Position numbers and translations under genes: made by a program
In this document: piece by piece, positions 18,562-25,839 of the stretch
How positions within the stretch are numbered: position 1 is the stretch's first letter
Layout of the letters: each line of letters begins with the position of its first letter
The notes under the pieces: generated by a model
Databases searched by the model: none
Told to the model about the DNA's origin: nothing
The model's input: only the letters and a program-made list of their open reading frames with translations
NCBI GenBank assembly: GCA_023128855.1
Contig: JAGMDE010000001.1
Location: forward strand, 1-34,115
Source: Thermoplasmatales archaeon
Lineage (GTDB): Archaea; Thermoplasmatota; E2; DHVEG-1
Direction of reading: 5' to 3'
DNA length: 34,115 nt

Positions 18562-19314
18562 ATGAACGGGAATTTTATAGGAAGGGTTCAAAAACTTACA
18601 ATGATAATGTTATTAGTAAGCATTATCGCACTATTATTTATGCCTCTTCTACCATGGAGTTTTTATGAAAGTGATACGTCTTGGGGTTCTATTAAATATT
18701 ATTCCACTGAGGGAAATATTATGGTAGGTGGTGAGAGAGCAGAAGATGAAATAGATAATTATAATAAAGGGAGTGACTCATATGAATTATTAAAAGAAAC
18801 TATTTCAGCGAAGGATAATCTAAGTGGCATTGGTCTGTGTTTCTGGCTTTCACTAATCTTTACAATTATTCTTCTGGTTGGAATAAAAATATATAACATG
18901 GGGCAACAATACCAGTTGTTTTCAAATATAATCTTTCTAACTGGCATTATGATAATCATTTTTGCAATTTTCATTATTTTATATCACGTGTGGTTTATGG
19001 GAAACATCGGCGAACTTGCAGATATAGGTAATATTGATGTTGCTTTTAGTTTTAATTATCTGCCTTTAACTATGGGAATTATACTATTGATCGTATCAAT
19101 AATCTATGTGTTTAGTGTTGTTCCGATGGCAATATATGGAATTTCTTCTTCGTTACAGCATCGGATGATGGGCCATCAAGTTGGTATGCCACCACAACAG
19201 CCACCTCAGCAAACTCCGCAACCAACAGGTCATGGTTATTGCCTAGCATGCGGTGGAGCTAAATTAAGTGATACTCAGAAGTTTTGTCATAAATGTGGAA
19301 AGAAGCTAGTATAA
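18562..19314 (+). CDS. polytopic membrane protein with Q/P-rich linker and C-terminal zinc ribbon
   Basis: AAGGAGGA SD. Same architecture as the previous gene (LLPWSFYESDT loop). The C-terminus reads PPQQPPQQTPQPTGHGYCLACGGAKLSDTQKFCHKCGKKLV (CxxCG...CxxCG). Confidence 0.8.
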   Translation: MNGNFIGRVQKLTMIMLLVSIIALLFMPLLPWSFYESDTSWGSIKYYSTEGNIMVGGERAEDEIDNYNKGSDSYELLKETISAKDNLSGIGLCFWLSLIFTIILLVGIKIYNMGQQYQLFSNIIFLTGIMIIIFAIFIILYHVWFMGNIGELADIGNIDVAFSFNYLPLTMGIILLIVSIIYVFSVVPMAIYGISSSLQHRMMGHQVGMPPQQPPQQTPQPTGHGYCLACGGAKLSDTQKFCHKCGKKLV

Positions 19315-19354
19315 AAAGATGTTATGAAATTGTAATATTGGAGGAGGTATAGAT

Positions 19355-19921
19355 ATGAAAAAACAATTATTGATAGTTGGAATAACGTTGGTATTGTTAG
19401 CTGTTGGACTAAGTGGCTGTAACGAAAAAAGCACAGATACTGCAACAACGCTAGTTCAGTTTGTGAAGGATGATATTGCTAATACGCTGACTGTGGATGC
19501 TACTACTTCTAGTGATATTTTATGGAGTGATATTTATTTTGATGGTAATTGTGATACTAGAGGTCTTGGTCTTGGTACTTATGTTGTTGTTGGTGATGTG
19601 ATTCCTCATTGTTATGGTACGATTACTATTTATTATATGCCTGAGGAGGTGAAAGAGATTGTGTTGGATGTTTTTGAGTTTTCATCGGAACCTCGTCCTA
19701 GTATTGCGTGTGTTGAAGATAATAGCGCTAGGACTTTGACTGTGGTTAGTGCTTTTCCTTATGATCTTTTATGGAGTGATCTCAATATTATAGGTTCGTG
19801 TGATACTTCAGGTTTAAATGGCAATATTGAAGCAGGAGATCAAATTACAAATTGTTCTGGAAATATAATAATTGTGCTAATATCAACAGATTTAATACTC
19901 GGTAATTGGGATTTTACATAA
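19355..19921 (+). CDS. surface lipoprotein with two copies of a ~75-aa Cys-pair beta domain
   Basis: Lipobox signal MKKQLLIVGITLVLLAVGLSGC. Internal duplication: ..LTVDATTSSDILWSDIYFDGNCDTRGLGLGTYVVVGDVIPHCYGTITI.. and ..LTVVSAFPYDLLWSDLNIIGSCDTSGLNGNIEAGDQITNCSGNIII.. Conserved leader gttatgaaattgtaatattGGAGGAGG. Confidence 0.85.
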   Translation: MKKQLLIVGITLVLLAVGLSGCNEKSTDTATTLVQFVKDDIANTLTVDATTSSDILWSDIYFDGNCDTRGLGLGTYVVVGDVIPHCYGTITIYYMPEEVKEIVLDVFEFSSEPRPSIACVEDNSARTLTVVSAFPYDLLWSDLNIIGSCDTSGLNGNIEAGDQITNCSGNIIIVLISTDLILGNWDFT

Positions 19922-19923
19922 GT

Positions 19924-20067
19924 TTATAGTTTTGGCATCAACCTAAAACTAACCTCTGAAGGTTGAGGTTCATCAACCCAGTCATCTAAACAACGCTGAA
20001 TCAGCCTGCGTGATTGCCAATATGAGTCGTGTTTATTTTTATATTTTTCAAGAAGTTTCAGTAGTTG
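19924..20067 (-). pseudogene. C-terminal remnant of a second copy of the multi-HTH gene (compare 25061..25783)
   Basis: Own translation of the open minus frame: QLLKLLEKYKNKHDSYWQSRRLIQRCLDDWVDEPQPSEVSFRLMPKL*. The intact gene reads ..CKLLDRFNKKHEDYCSSRRLIQRSIDDWIDDEASDYVGESFRLMQKQ*. There is no start codon, and an in-frame stop lies at 20068-20070. Confidence 0.7.
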
Positions 20068-20277
20068 CTAAGGTAAAAAATGAGGAAGAACGAGTCTCTA
20101 ACAGGAGAGAAAATGGTAAAAGGACTAAACGGTTTTTGACATGTTTGCTTATGTGAATCTGCGAAGGAATGATGTTTTTCTGTCAAAACCTATGAAAATG
20201 TTAATATGTTCATAGTTAGATGTAATATTGTATATAAGAACAGATGTTATGAATTGTAGATCGGAGGAGGCATAGAT
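20061..20277 (+). promoter_or_regulatory. conserved Q/P module: promoter-like region and leader of cassette unit 2
   Basis: Repeated at 14721-14860 (Q part) and 21873-21987 (P part). Contains aaaacctatgaaaatgttaatatgttcatagtt (TATA-like) and the leader gttatgaattgtagatcGGAGGAGGcatagatATG. Confidence 0.6.
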
Positions 20278-20631
20278 ATGAAAAAACAAATCATAATTAT
20301 TGGAATAATGCTGATGTTGTTAGCTGTTGGATTAAGTGGTTGCACTGACCAAAGTGGAGAAAGCAAATTTGTTGGAACTTGGACATATACTGGGGGTGAT
20401 TTCTATTATGATACTCTTCATCTTTATTCGGATGGGGTATTAAGTGGAATTAGTCGCTTCAATCCTGATTATGCTCCTGCCGATCCAGGTACTTGGGAAG
20501 CTAATGATACTCATTTAATTCTCCATTTCACCGATTTCGATGATCTTATATATAGTTACAAATTTACCAGCAGCGACACACTTGTTTTAACTGCATCATG
20601 GGGAGATACAGGCATCTACAAGAAATCATAA
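20278..20631 (+). CDS. small surface lipoprotein, lipocalin-like domain
   Basis: Signal MKKQIIIIGIMLMLLAVGLSGC. The mature part (FVGTWTYTGG..LHLYSDGVL..GTWEANDTHLILHF..YSYKFTSSDTLVL) parallels the N-terminal domain of the 21988 product. Confidence 0.85.
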   Translation: MKKQIIIIGIMLMLLAVGLSGCTDQSGESKFVGTWTYTGGDFYYDTLHLYSDGVLSGISRFNPDYAPADPGTWEANDTHLILHFTDFDDLIYSYKFTSSDTLVLTASWGDTGIYKKS

Positions 20632-20677
20632 TCCAGAGAGTATGAGAGGTAAATTAAGTTTGAAGGAGGAAATAAAA

Positions 20678-21785
20678 ATGAGAAAGACCGCAATAGGACT
20701 AATTATGTTTTTGATAGGAATGTTTATCTTATCTACAATAAACATTAATTGCCTAGGGTATCAACACCCAGATGATGTAGTACACATAGAAATTCCACAA
20801 CAAGGTGAAATATGGCATAGGGGAGAAACCCATGAAATAAAATGGAGGTGCGTTGGTTCAAATGCTTTTCGTCCTACAAGATGGGATGTTTATCTGGTTT
20901 TTGCAGACACAAGGTCCCCACAATATGAACTTTATCAAAAAGAACGAATTAAGTTAGCAACTGTTGATTATGATTATAATTATGATGGAAACTACACATG
21001 GACAATACCATTGGACTTGCCTGAGTCGTCATCGGATGGGTATTCTTTTGATATTGAAGGAACTGATCGCTGGGATTTCTATGGATCTGGAGGCAGCATC
21101 TACATATTAGACCCAGGTGAAGAATTAGTCACTTCTCCCGATGATGAGTATTGGCTTTCAAGAGCAATTATGTCTGAAGCAAGTGTGGGAACACAACAGG
21201 AGCAAATAGCAGTTGGATGGTGTGTGCTAAATAGATTTAATGACGGACGGTTTGGAGATTCTTTGGAAGGAGTTATATATGACGGATTTGCATATAATCA
21301 ACAACCAACACAACAAATAAAAGAATTGGCAAACGAAATTCTTAAGGGATTACATCCTGATCCAACTGACGGAGCAGTATTTTTCTTTTCACCCAGGAGT
21401 ATGCCAAAAGAGGGAGAGAATACAACGGGTTATGATGTTGGCGGAGGACCTCATACTTACTGTGCCTGGAACATCAAATAGAGTCTATTTTCCATATTGG
21501 GCGAAACCGACTGAAGAAATAAACGAAAATACCCAATCATATCAAATCTTAACTGAATATGGTTATGGAGATATGGAATGGCGAGAATTAAATGGTATCA
21601 GAAATTGGTATTTCATGTTTTATCATCCAATATCGTCACAGTATGAATCTGAAGAGATCGGTGAGCCAAATGATGGTACAATCACAGGAACAAGTGCTGA
21701 CGGCACTCCTGGCTTTGAAATGATATTTGTTTTCTTGGCAGTAACATTGTTATTATTCTGGAAAAGAAAAAGTAAAAACCTATAG
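20678..21785 (+). pseudogene. SleB-like cell-wall hydrolase with Kre9/KNH-like N-domain and PGF-CTERM anchor, broken by a +1 frame change (ORFs 20678..21481 and 21432..21785)
   Basis: ORF1 has a signal peptide (MRKTAIGLIMFLIGMFIL), a beta-sandwich-like IEIPQQGEIWHRGETHEIKW, and a Hydrolase_2/SleB-like LSRAIMSEASVGTQQEQIAVGWCVLNRFNDGRFGDSLEGVIYDGFAYNQ. It stops at 21481. ORF2, in the next frame, has no signal peptide but ends in GTPGFEMIFVFLAVTLLLFWKRKSKNL (PGF-CTERM). Confidence 0.7.
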
Positions 21786-21987
21786 CTTTGGCATCAATCT
21801 AAAACTAGTGTCACCATTCTCCTTGCTTTGGTATCAACCTAAAACTCTCTCCAACATACTCGATTTAATAGAGAATCTGAGAAGGAAGGAGCTTTTACTG
21901 TTAAAACCTATAAAAAAATTAATATGTTCATAGTTCGATACAATATTGTCTATAAGAATAAATGTTGTAGATTGGGGAGGAAAAAAT
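21786..21987 (+). promoter_or_regulatory. two tandem boundary cores plus the conserved P module and leader of cassette unit 3
   Basis: GGCATCAATCTAAAACT (21790-21806) and GGTATCAACCTAAAACT (21830-21846). They are followed by gaatctgagaaggaagg...aaaacctataaaaaaattaatatgttcatagtt...GGGGAGGaaaaaatATG, which aligns with 20155-20277. Confidence 0.65.
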
Positions 21988-22926
21988 ATGAAGAAACAAT
22001 TATTAATAGTTGTAATAACGCTGATATTATTGGCTGTTGGGCTTAGCGGCTGTAACGAAAAAGGCATAGATATATTAGGAAAGTCAAATGAAGAAAAGAT
22101 TTTAGGAACGTGGGGTATAGTGGTGTCAGAAGATGAAGAAACACCAATATATAGTTTCTTTTCTAATGGAACGTTTTCTGTATCTGCTATGATGCCTGAT
22201 TTTTGGTCAAAGTCTGCCACTAGACAAACTATTTGGGGAACATATGTAATGACTGATGAAACATTAGCTATGAATCGAAAAGGGGATGCAAAGGCTTTTG
22301 AATATTCTTTTTCTGATAATGGTAAAAAACTTACATTAATAGATGTAGAGCAGGGGGGTCAATTCGCCGTTCTCACAAAATACGATTCACCACCACAAAT
22401 ACCATCAATACAGTTTATTAAAAATGATATAGGCTACATATTCACATTAACTGTTTCAGCCGTAGACCCATCAAATGTACCATGGAGCAATATCGAAATA
22501 ACAGGTACATGTGATACATCTGGTCTTGGCACCTATGTCGCTGTGGGCGATATGATAACAGATTGTTCAGGTACATTAACTATAAGAGATGTGTCAACAA
22601 ATATCTTGCTAGGTTCTTGGACATTATCAGGTTCTCTTGCTCCTAATCTTGCTTGGACGTTAAATGATGCAGAGGATACAATTACAATTACTTCTGGGTC
22701 TTCTTCGGATACTTATGGGGCTTCGTCTACTGATGGTAATCTAATGTTTAAGTCACCAGAAGGTACTTATTATGTAAAAGCTGATTTATCCCTTAGTACG
22801 TTAGAAACTGGATTGTCTACTGCACCTATTTCTGCAGGTGATATTATTTCAGGATTTTCACCAGGTACATGGCATATAATTTGGGTTCCAACTGATAAAT
22901 TACTTGGTACGTTGGATTTTAGTTGA
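21988..22926 (+). CDS. mosaic surface lipoprotein (lipocalin-like domain plus Cys-pair beta domain plus a degenerate third domain)
   Basis: Signal MKKQLLIVVITLILLAVGLSGCNEK, nearly the same nucleotides as the 19355 signal. A domain like the 20278 product (ILGTWGIV..FFSNGTF..WGTYVMTDETLAM..YSFSDNGKKLTL), then a domain like 19355 (..LTVSAVDPSNVPWSNIEITGTCDTSGLGTYVAVGDMITDCSGTLTI). I trimmed the start to the ATG at 21988; the track starts at 21946, inside the leader. Confidence 0.85.
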   Translation: MKKQLLIVVITLILLAVGLSGCNEKGIDILGKSNEEKILGTWGIVVSEDEETPIYSFFSNGTFSVSAMMPDFWSKSATRQTIWGTYVMTDETLAMNRKGDAKAFEYSFSDNGKKLTLIDVEQGGQFAVLTKYDSPPQIPSIQFIKNDIGYIFTLTVSAVDPSNVPWSNIEITGTCDTSGLGTYVAVGDMITDCSGTLTIRDVSTNILLGSWTLSGSLAPNLAWTLNDAEDTITITSGSSSDTYGASSTDGNLMFKSPEGTYYVKADLSLSTLETGLSTAPISAGDIISGFSPGTWHIIWVPTDKLLGTLDFS

Positions 22927-22962
22927 AAAGGTGGTTATGAAATTGTAGTTTGAGGGAGTAAA

Positions 22963-23871
22963 ATGAAAAAAAATGAATATGTAAGAGAAAAAGAGGTAAA
23001 AAAGTATAAAGGTAAGATTATCGGGAAGATATTTGCAATTTCTATTGCTTTTATAGTTGTTGGAAGTTGTCTAGCATTATATCTCTCGATGAATGGGTTA
23101 GAGACAAATAATCTAGAGGATTATGAAATCACTACTATTACGTCTCTGTCACCCCTCCCTATTGTAAGTGGAATTGATGGGAATACGTTTTTGGAAGACG
23201 AGGCTGGAATATCTGCATATACAAATGTTGAAGGCGAAATAAATCTTGGACTAGCAAAAACTGCATTCAGAACGATAGAATATGAAACCAATGAATACAT
23301 AATTGGGTCTATTCCACTTCCAGATTATTCAGAGACGGAGGACGTCCACTGCTATGTCCATAAGGACGGATGGGTGGTATCATATTACTTAAAGGAGGAA
23401 CCAGCAGCAAAGATAGTCGATTGGGAGAATTATGGTACAGATGAACAAATAACTGGAACGAAACTCGAACAAAGCATAGTTGTAGTTTGCGATGCTGCAG
23501 GTGTCATAAAAGGAGAGGTTCAGTATTATGATTATAGGTATCCAAATGCAAATAAACTTATGATTGTTGCAGAGGCATTGTGGGAGTCTACTGAAACAGA
23601 TACATTTGATATAATACTGCCAGATGATTTCGTATTTTATGAGCGGTCATATTCGCATTGTAATAGATATACATCCTCAAGTAGTTATTCTCGCATGTAT
23701 ATCGACGAAGAAGAGATTAGTCGGATATATGGTAGTGAGACAAACTATGATCTGCTTTCACCTTCGAAGCTTTCACCTGATGTATCACATTCTATAAAAA
23801 CCACTTCGTATCATTGTTACAATGAGATGGGTGTATTCAGTGCTATCGTGCTTGTGTATCAGGAGACATGA
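22963..23871 (+). CDS. N-terminally membrane-anchored extracellular protein, unknown function
   Basis: GAGGGAG SD, conserved leader ggttatgaaattgtag, and a single N-terminal TM (IFAISIAFIVVGSCLALYL). Confidence 0.75.
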   Translation: MKKNEYVREKEVKKYKGKIIGKIFAISIAFIVVGSCLALYLSMNGLETNNLEDYEITTITSLSPLPIVSGIDGNTFLEDEAGISAYTNVEGEINLGLAKTAFRTIEYETNEYIIGSIPLPDYSETEDVHCYVHKDGWVVSYYLKEEPAAKIVDWENYGTDEQITGTKLEQSIVVVCDAAGVIKGEVQYYDYRYPNANKLMIVAEALWESTETDTFDIILPDDFVFYERSYSHCNRYTSSSSYSRMYIDEEEISRIYGSETNYDLLSPSKLSPDVSHSIKTTSYHCYNEMGVFSAIVLVYQET

Positions 23872-23921
23872 GAGGAGAAGATGAGGAAACTGCTATGAGA
23901 AGATAATTTATAAGGTGAAAA

Positions 23922-25058
23922 ATGAAAATAAAAATAATGCTTTTAATTGTAATTTTTCTAATTGTCACTCAAATAACAGTAGTAAGTGCATCACGAATCA
24001 TTGTTCAGAATGCTGATACTGTTTGGGAGACAATTCCTAAATATTCATCAGGTTTAACCCATGCAGCTACGGGTGTAACACCAAGAGTAAAAGCAGAATA
24101 TGCAAACTCGTTATCTCAGCATAATTTACAAGATTCGGAGAGTTTAAATCAGTTAGCCAGTGGAATTTCTTCGAGGATAATAGTAGAATATGCGAACTCT
24201 GTTTCTGATTTTGACTTGTATCGACCTGATTTTATACAGGCACCATCGTCAGAACCTGAAACGCAACCCGAAAATATTATTCCAACTGAAGATCCGTTCA
24301 ATTATCAAAGTGAATATGAACTAAATGAGGAGAAGTTGAGAGCTGAAGAAATAGAAGCTCTTCCAATTGTTATGAACTATGCAAATGAATACCATATAAG
24401 TCCTGCTTTGATAATGGCTATTATTAGGCAGGAAAGCAATTTTATTGCAAATGCAAATGGTAATGATTATATCGGCTACATGCAAGTAAGCTGGGATGCA
24501 GCTACCCATCAAAGTATAGAGGATATGACAAGTGACGAATATAAAGGAACAAAGAGTGATTGGTTGAGCGAAGGAAAAGATCCTGACCTAAATATTATGT
24601 ATGGTACTCGCTACCTCAGAATTTTAAATATTATTTTTGAAGAGGGAAAATTTTTATACGACTCAGTATCTGCAACCAAAGTCTCTGATATACAGGAGCG
24701 TTTAAATTTTGTATTAGCAGCCTACAACGGAGGACAAGGGAGAATAGCCAACGCTCAAAAGATTGCTAAAGAAAATAATAAAGATCCTACCAAATGGGAT
24801 GAAGTAAAAGAATATTTAGAGGAAGCTGGCGCTAATACTGCCAAAGCAATAGAAATTAAAAACTATGTATATGGGGTAATAAAAGGTAGAGATATAATAG
24901 ATGATGAACAGAGAGGTTATGAGTTTTTCTTAACGATTCGAGTTTTTCCATCTGATAAAGCATCAGACAGTGAAGAAGGTACTCCTGGATTTGAATTATT
25001 ATTTTTCATTGTAGCAATTGCACCTATCCTGTTATTAAAACGAAAAAGAAAAATATAA
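23922..25058 (+). CDS. lytic transglycosylase (SLT/GH23-like) domain protein with PGF-CTERM anchor
   Basis: Signal peptide. Three copies of an SRIIV(E/Q)(Y/N)A(N/D)SV-like motif. SLT signature ISPALIMAIIRQESNFIANANGNDYIGYMQV (candidate catalytic Glu codon at 24432-24434) and LAAYNGGQGRI. The C-terminus is EEGTPGFELLFFIVAIAPILLLKRKRKI. Confidence 0.85.
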   Translation: MKIKIMLLIVIFLIVTQITVVSASRIIVQNADTVWETIPKYSSGLTHAATGVTPRVKAEYANSLSQHNLQDSESLNQLASGISSRIIVEYANSVSDFDLYRPDFIQAPSSEPETQPENIIPTEDPFNYQSEYELNEEKLRAEEIEALPIVMNYANEYHISPALIMAIIRQESNFIANANGNDYIGYMQVSWDAATHQSIEDMTSDEYKGTKSDWLSEGKDPDLNIMYGTRYLRILNIIFEEGKFLYDSVSATKVSDIQERLNFVLAAYNGGQGRIANAQKIAKENNKDPTKWDEVKEYLEEAGANTAKAIEIKNYVYGVIKGRDIIDDEQRGYEFFLTIRVFPSDKASDSEEGTPGFELLFFIVAIAPILLLKRKRKI

Positions 25059-25060
25059 AT

Positions 25061-25783
25061 CTATTGTTTTTGCATCAACCTAAAACTCTCTCCGACATAA
25101 TCTGATGCTTCATCATCTATCCAATCATCAATAGAACGCTGAATTAGACGTCTACTACTGCAATAATCCTCATGTTTCTTGTTGAATCTGTCAAGAAGTT
25201 TACATTGATCTTTATTTGAGATTTTAATACCAAGCAGATAACTAAGCTCTTCTATTGCACTGTAACTTATGATTCGGTCGGGTTTCTCCTTGAAAAAGGC
25301 CTCGATAGTTTGCTCTTCTCGCCCAGGGAGATAAAAAAATGTTTTGTTCTTGTATCTTGCTGTTCTTATTATTGGAAACTTATGCTGCAAGATTCTTACA
25401 ACTTGCACATTAAAATCAGAAATCAAATAACCATCAGACATAAGCCTACATAGAAGCTTAATTCCATTCTTTCTAATAATATGATTTCCTTGAGACCTAT
25501 ACCCTTCTATTCCTCTTGTAAGATTATACACAGTGCCAATGTTCAAACCACATAGTTGCGCTGCTTCTGCCTTTGTATGTCCTTCTTTTATTGCTTTAAC
25601 TACTTTGTTTCTAGTTTCTATTGGGATTTTCTTTGATTGATAGAGATATTTGCATCTGTTGTATATCGTACTTCGATGAACATTGTATTTATCTGCAAGG
25701 TCTTTGACTTCATGCCCTTCATTGATAAGTTTAGCAATATGCTCACAGTCTTCTTTTGTAAGCTTTTTTCTTCTTGTCATCAT
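25061..25783 (-). CDS. multi-HTH DNA-binding protein (two resolvase/IS630-type HTH motifs plus a winged-helix-like region); only intact copy of a repeated gene
   Basis: HTH1 LTKEDCEHIAKLINEGHEVKDLADKYNVHRSTIYNRCK; HTH2 TRNKVVKAIKEGHTKAEAAQLCGLNIGTVYNLTRG. I could not recognise a DDE or recombinase catalytic motif. I trimmed the start to the ATG at 25783; the track uses a GTG at 25801. TTTTAAATA lies ~25 nt upstream on the minus strand. Confidence 0.8.
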   Translation of the reverse strand: MMTRRKKLTKEDCEHIAKLINEGHEVKDLADKYNVHRSTIYNRCKYLYQSKKIPIETRNKVVKAIKEGHTKAEAAQLCGLNIGTVYNLTRGIEGYRSQGNHIIRKNGIKLLCRLMSDGYLISDFNVQVVRILQHKFPIIRTARYKNKTFFYLPGREEQTIEAFFKEKPDRIISYSAIEELSYLLGIKISNKDQCKLLDRFNKKHEDYCSSRRLIQRSIDDWIDDEASDYVGESFRLMQKQ

Positions 25784-25839
25784 TTGAAAAAGCGAAAGCA
25801 CTAGTATTTAAAAGTGTTGAAAAGGACTGGGAAACTCTA

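Noticed and set aside
21834-22220. Track ORF 21834..22220(-), 128 aa.
   Set aside because: It runs antisense across the conserved promoter/leader module and the signal-peptide region of the 21988 lipoprotein gene. It has no SD and a low-complexity product.
19355-22926. Diversity-generating retroelement targeting the variable lipoproteins.
   Set aside because: There is no reverse transcriptase ORF. There is no template/variable repeat pair with adenine-specific mismatches. The differences between paralogs are spread over whole domains.
17445-25087. Integron-like gene-cassette array, with the cores acting as attC sites.
   Set aside because: There is no tyrosine-recombinase (IntI-like) ORF in the window. 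The 17-nt core is not an imperfect palindrome of attC type. The cores correspond to the coding end of the HTH gene.
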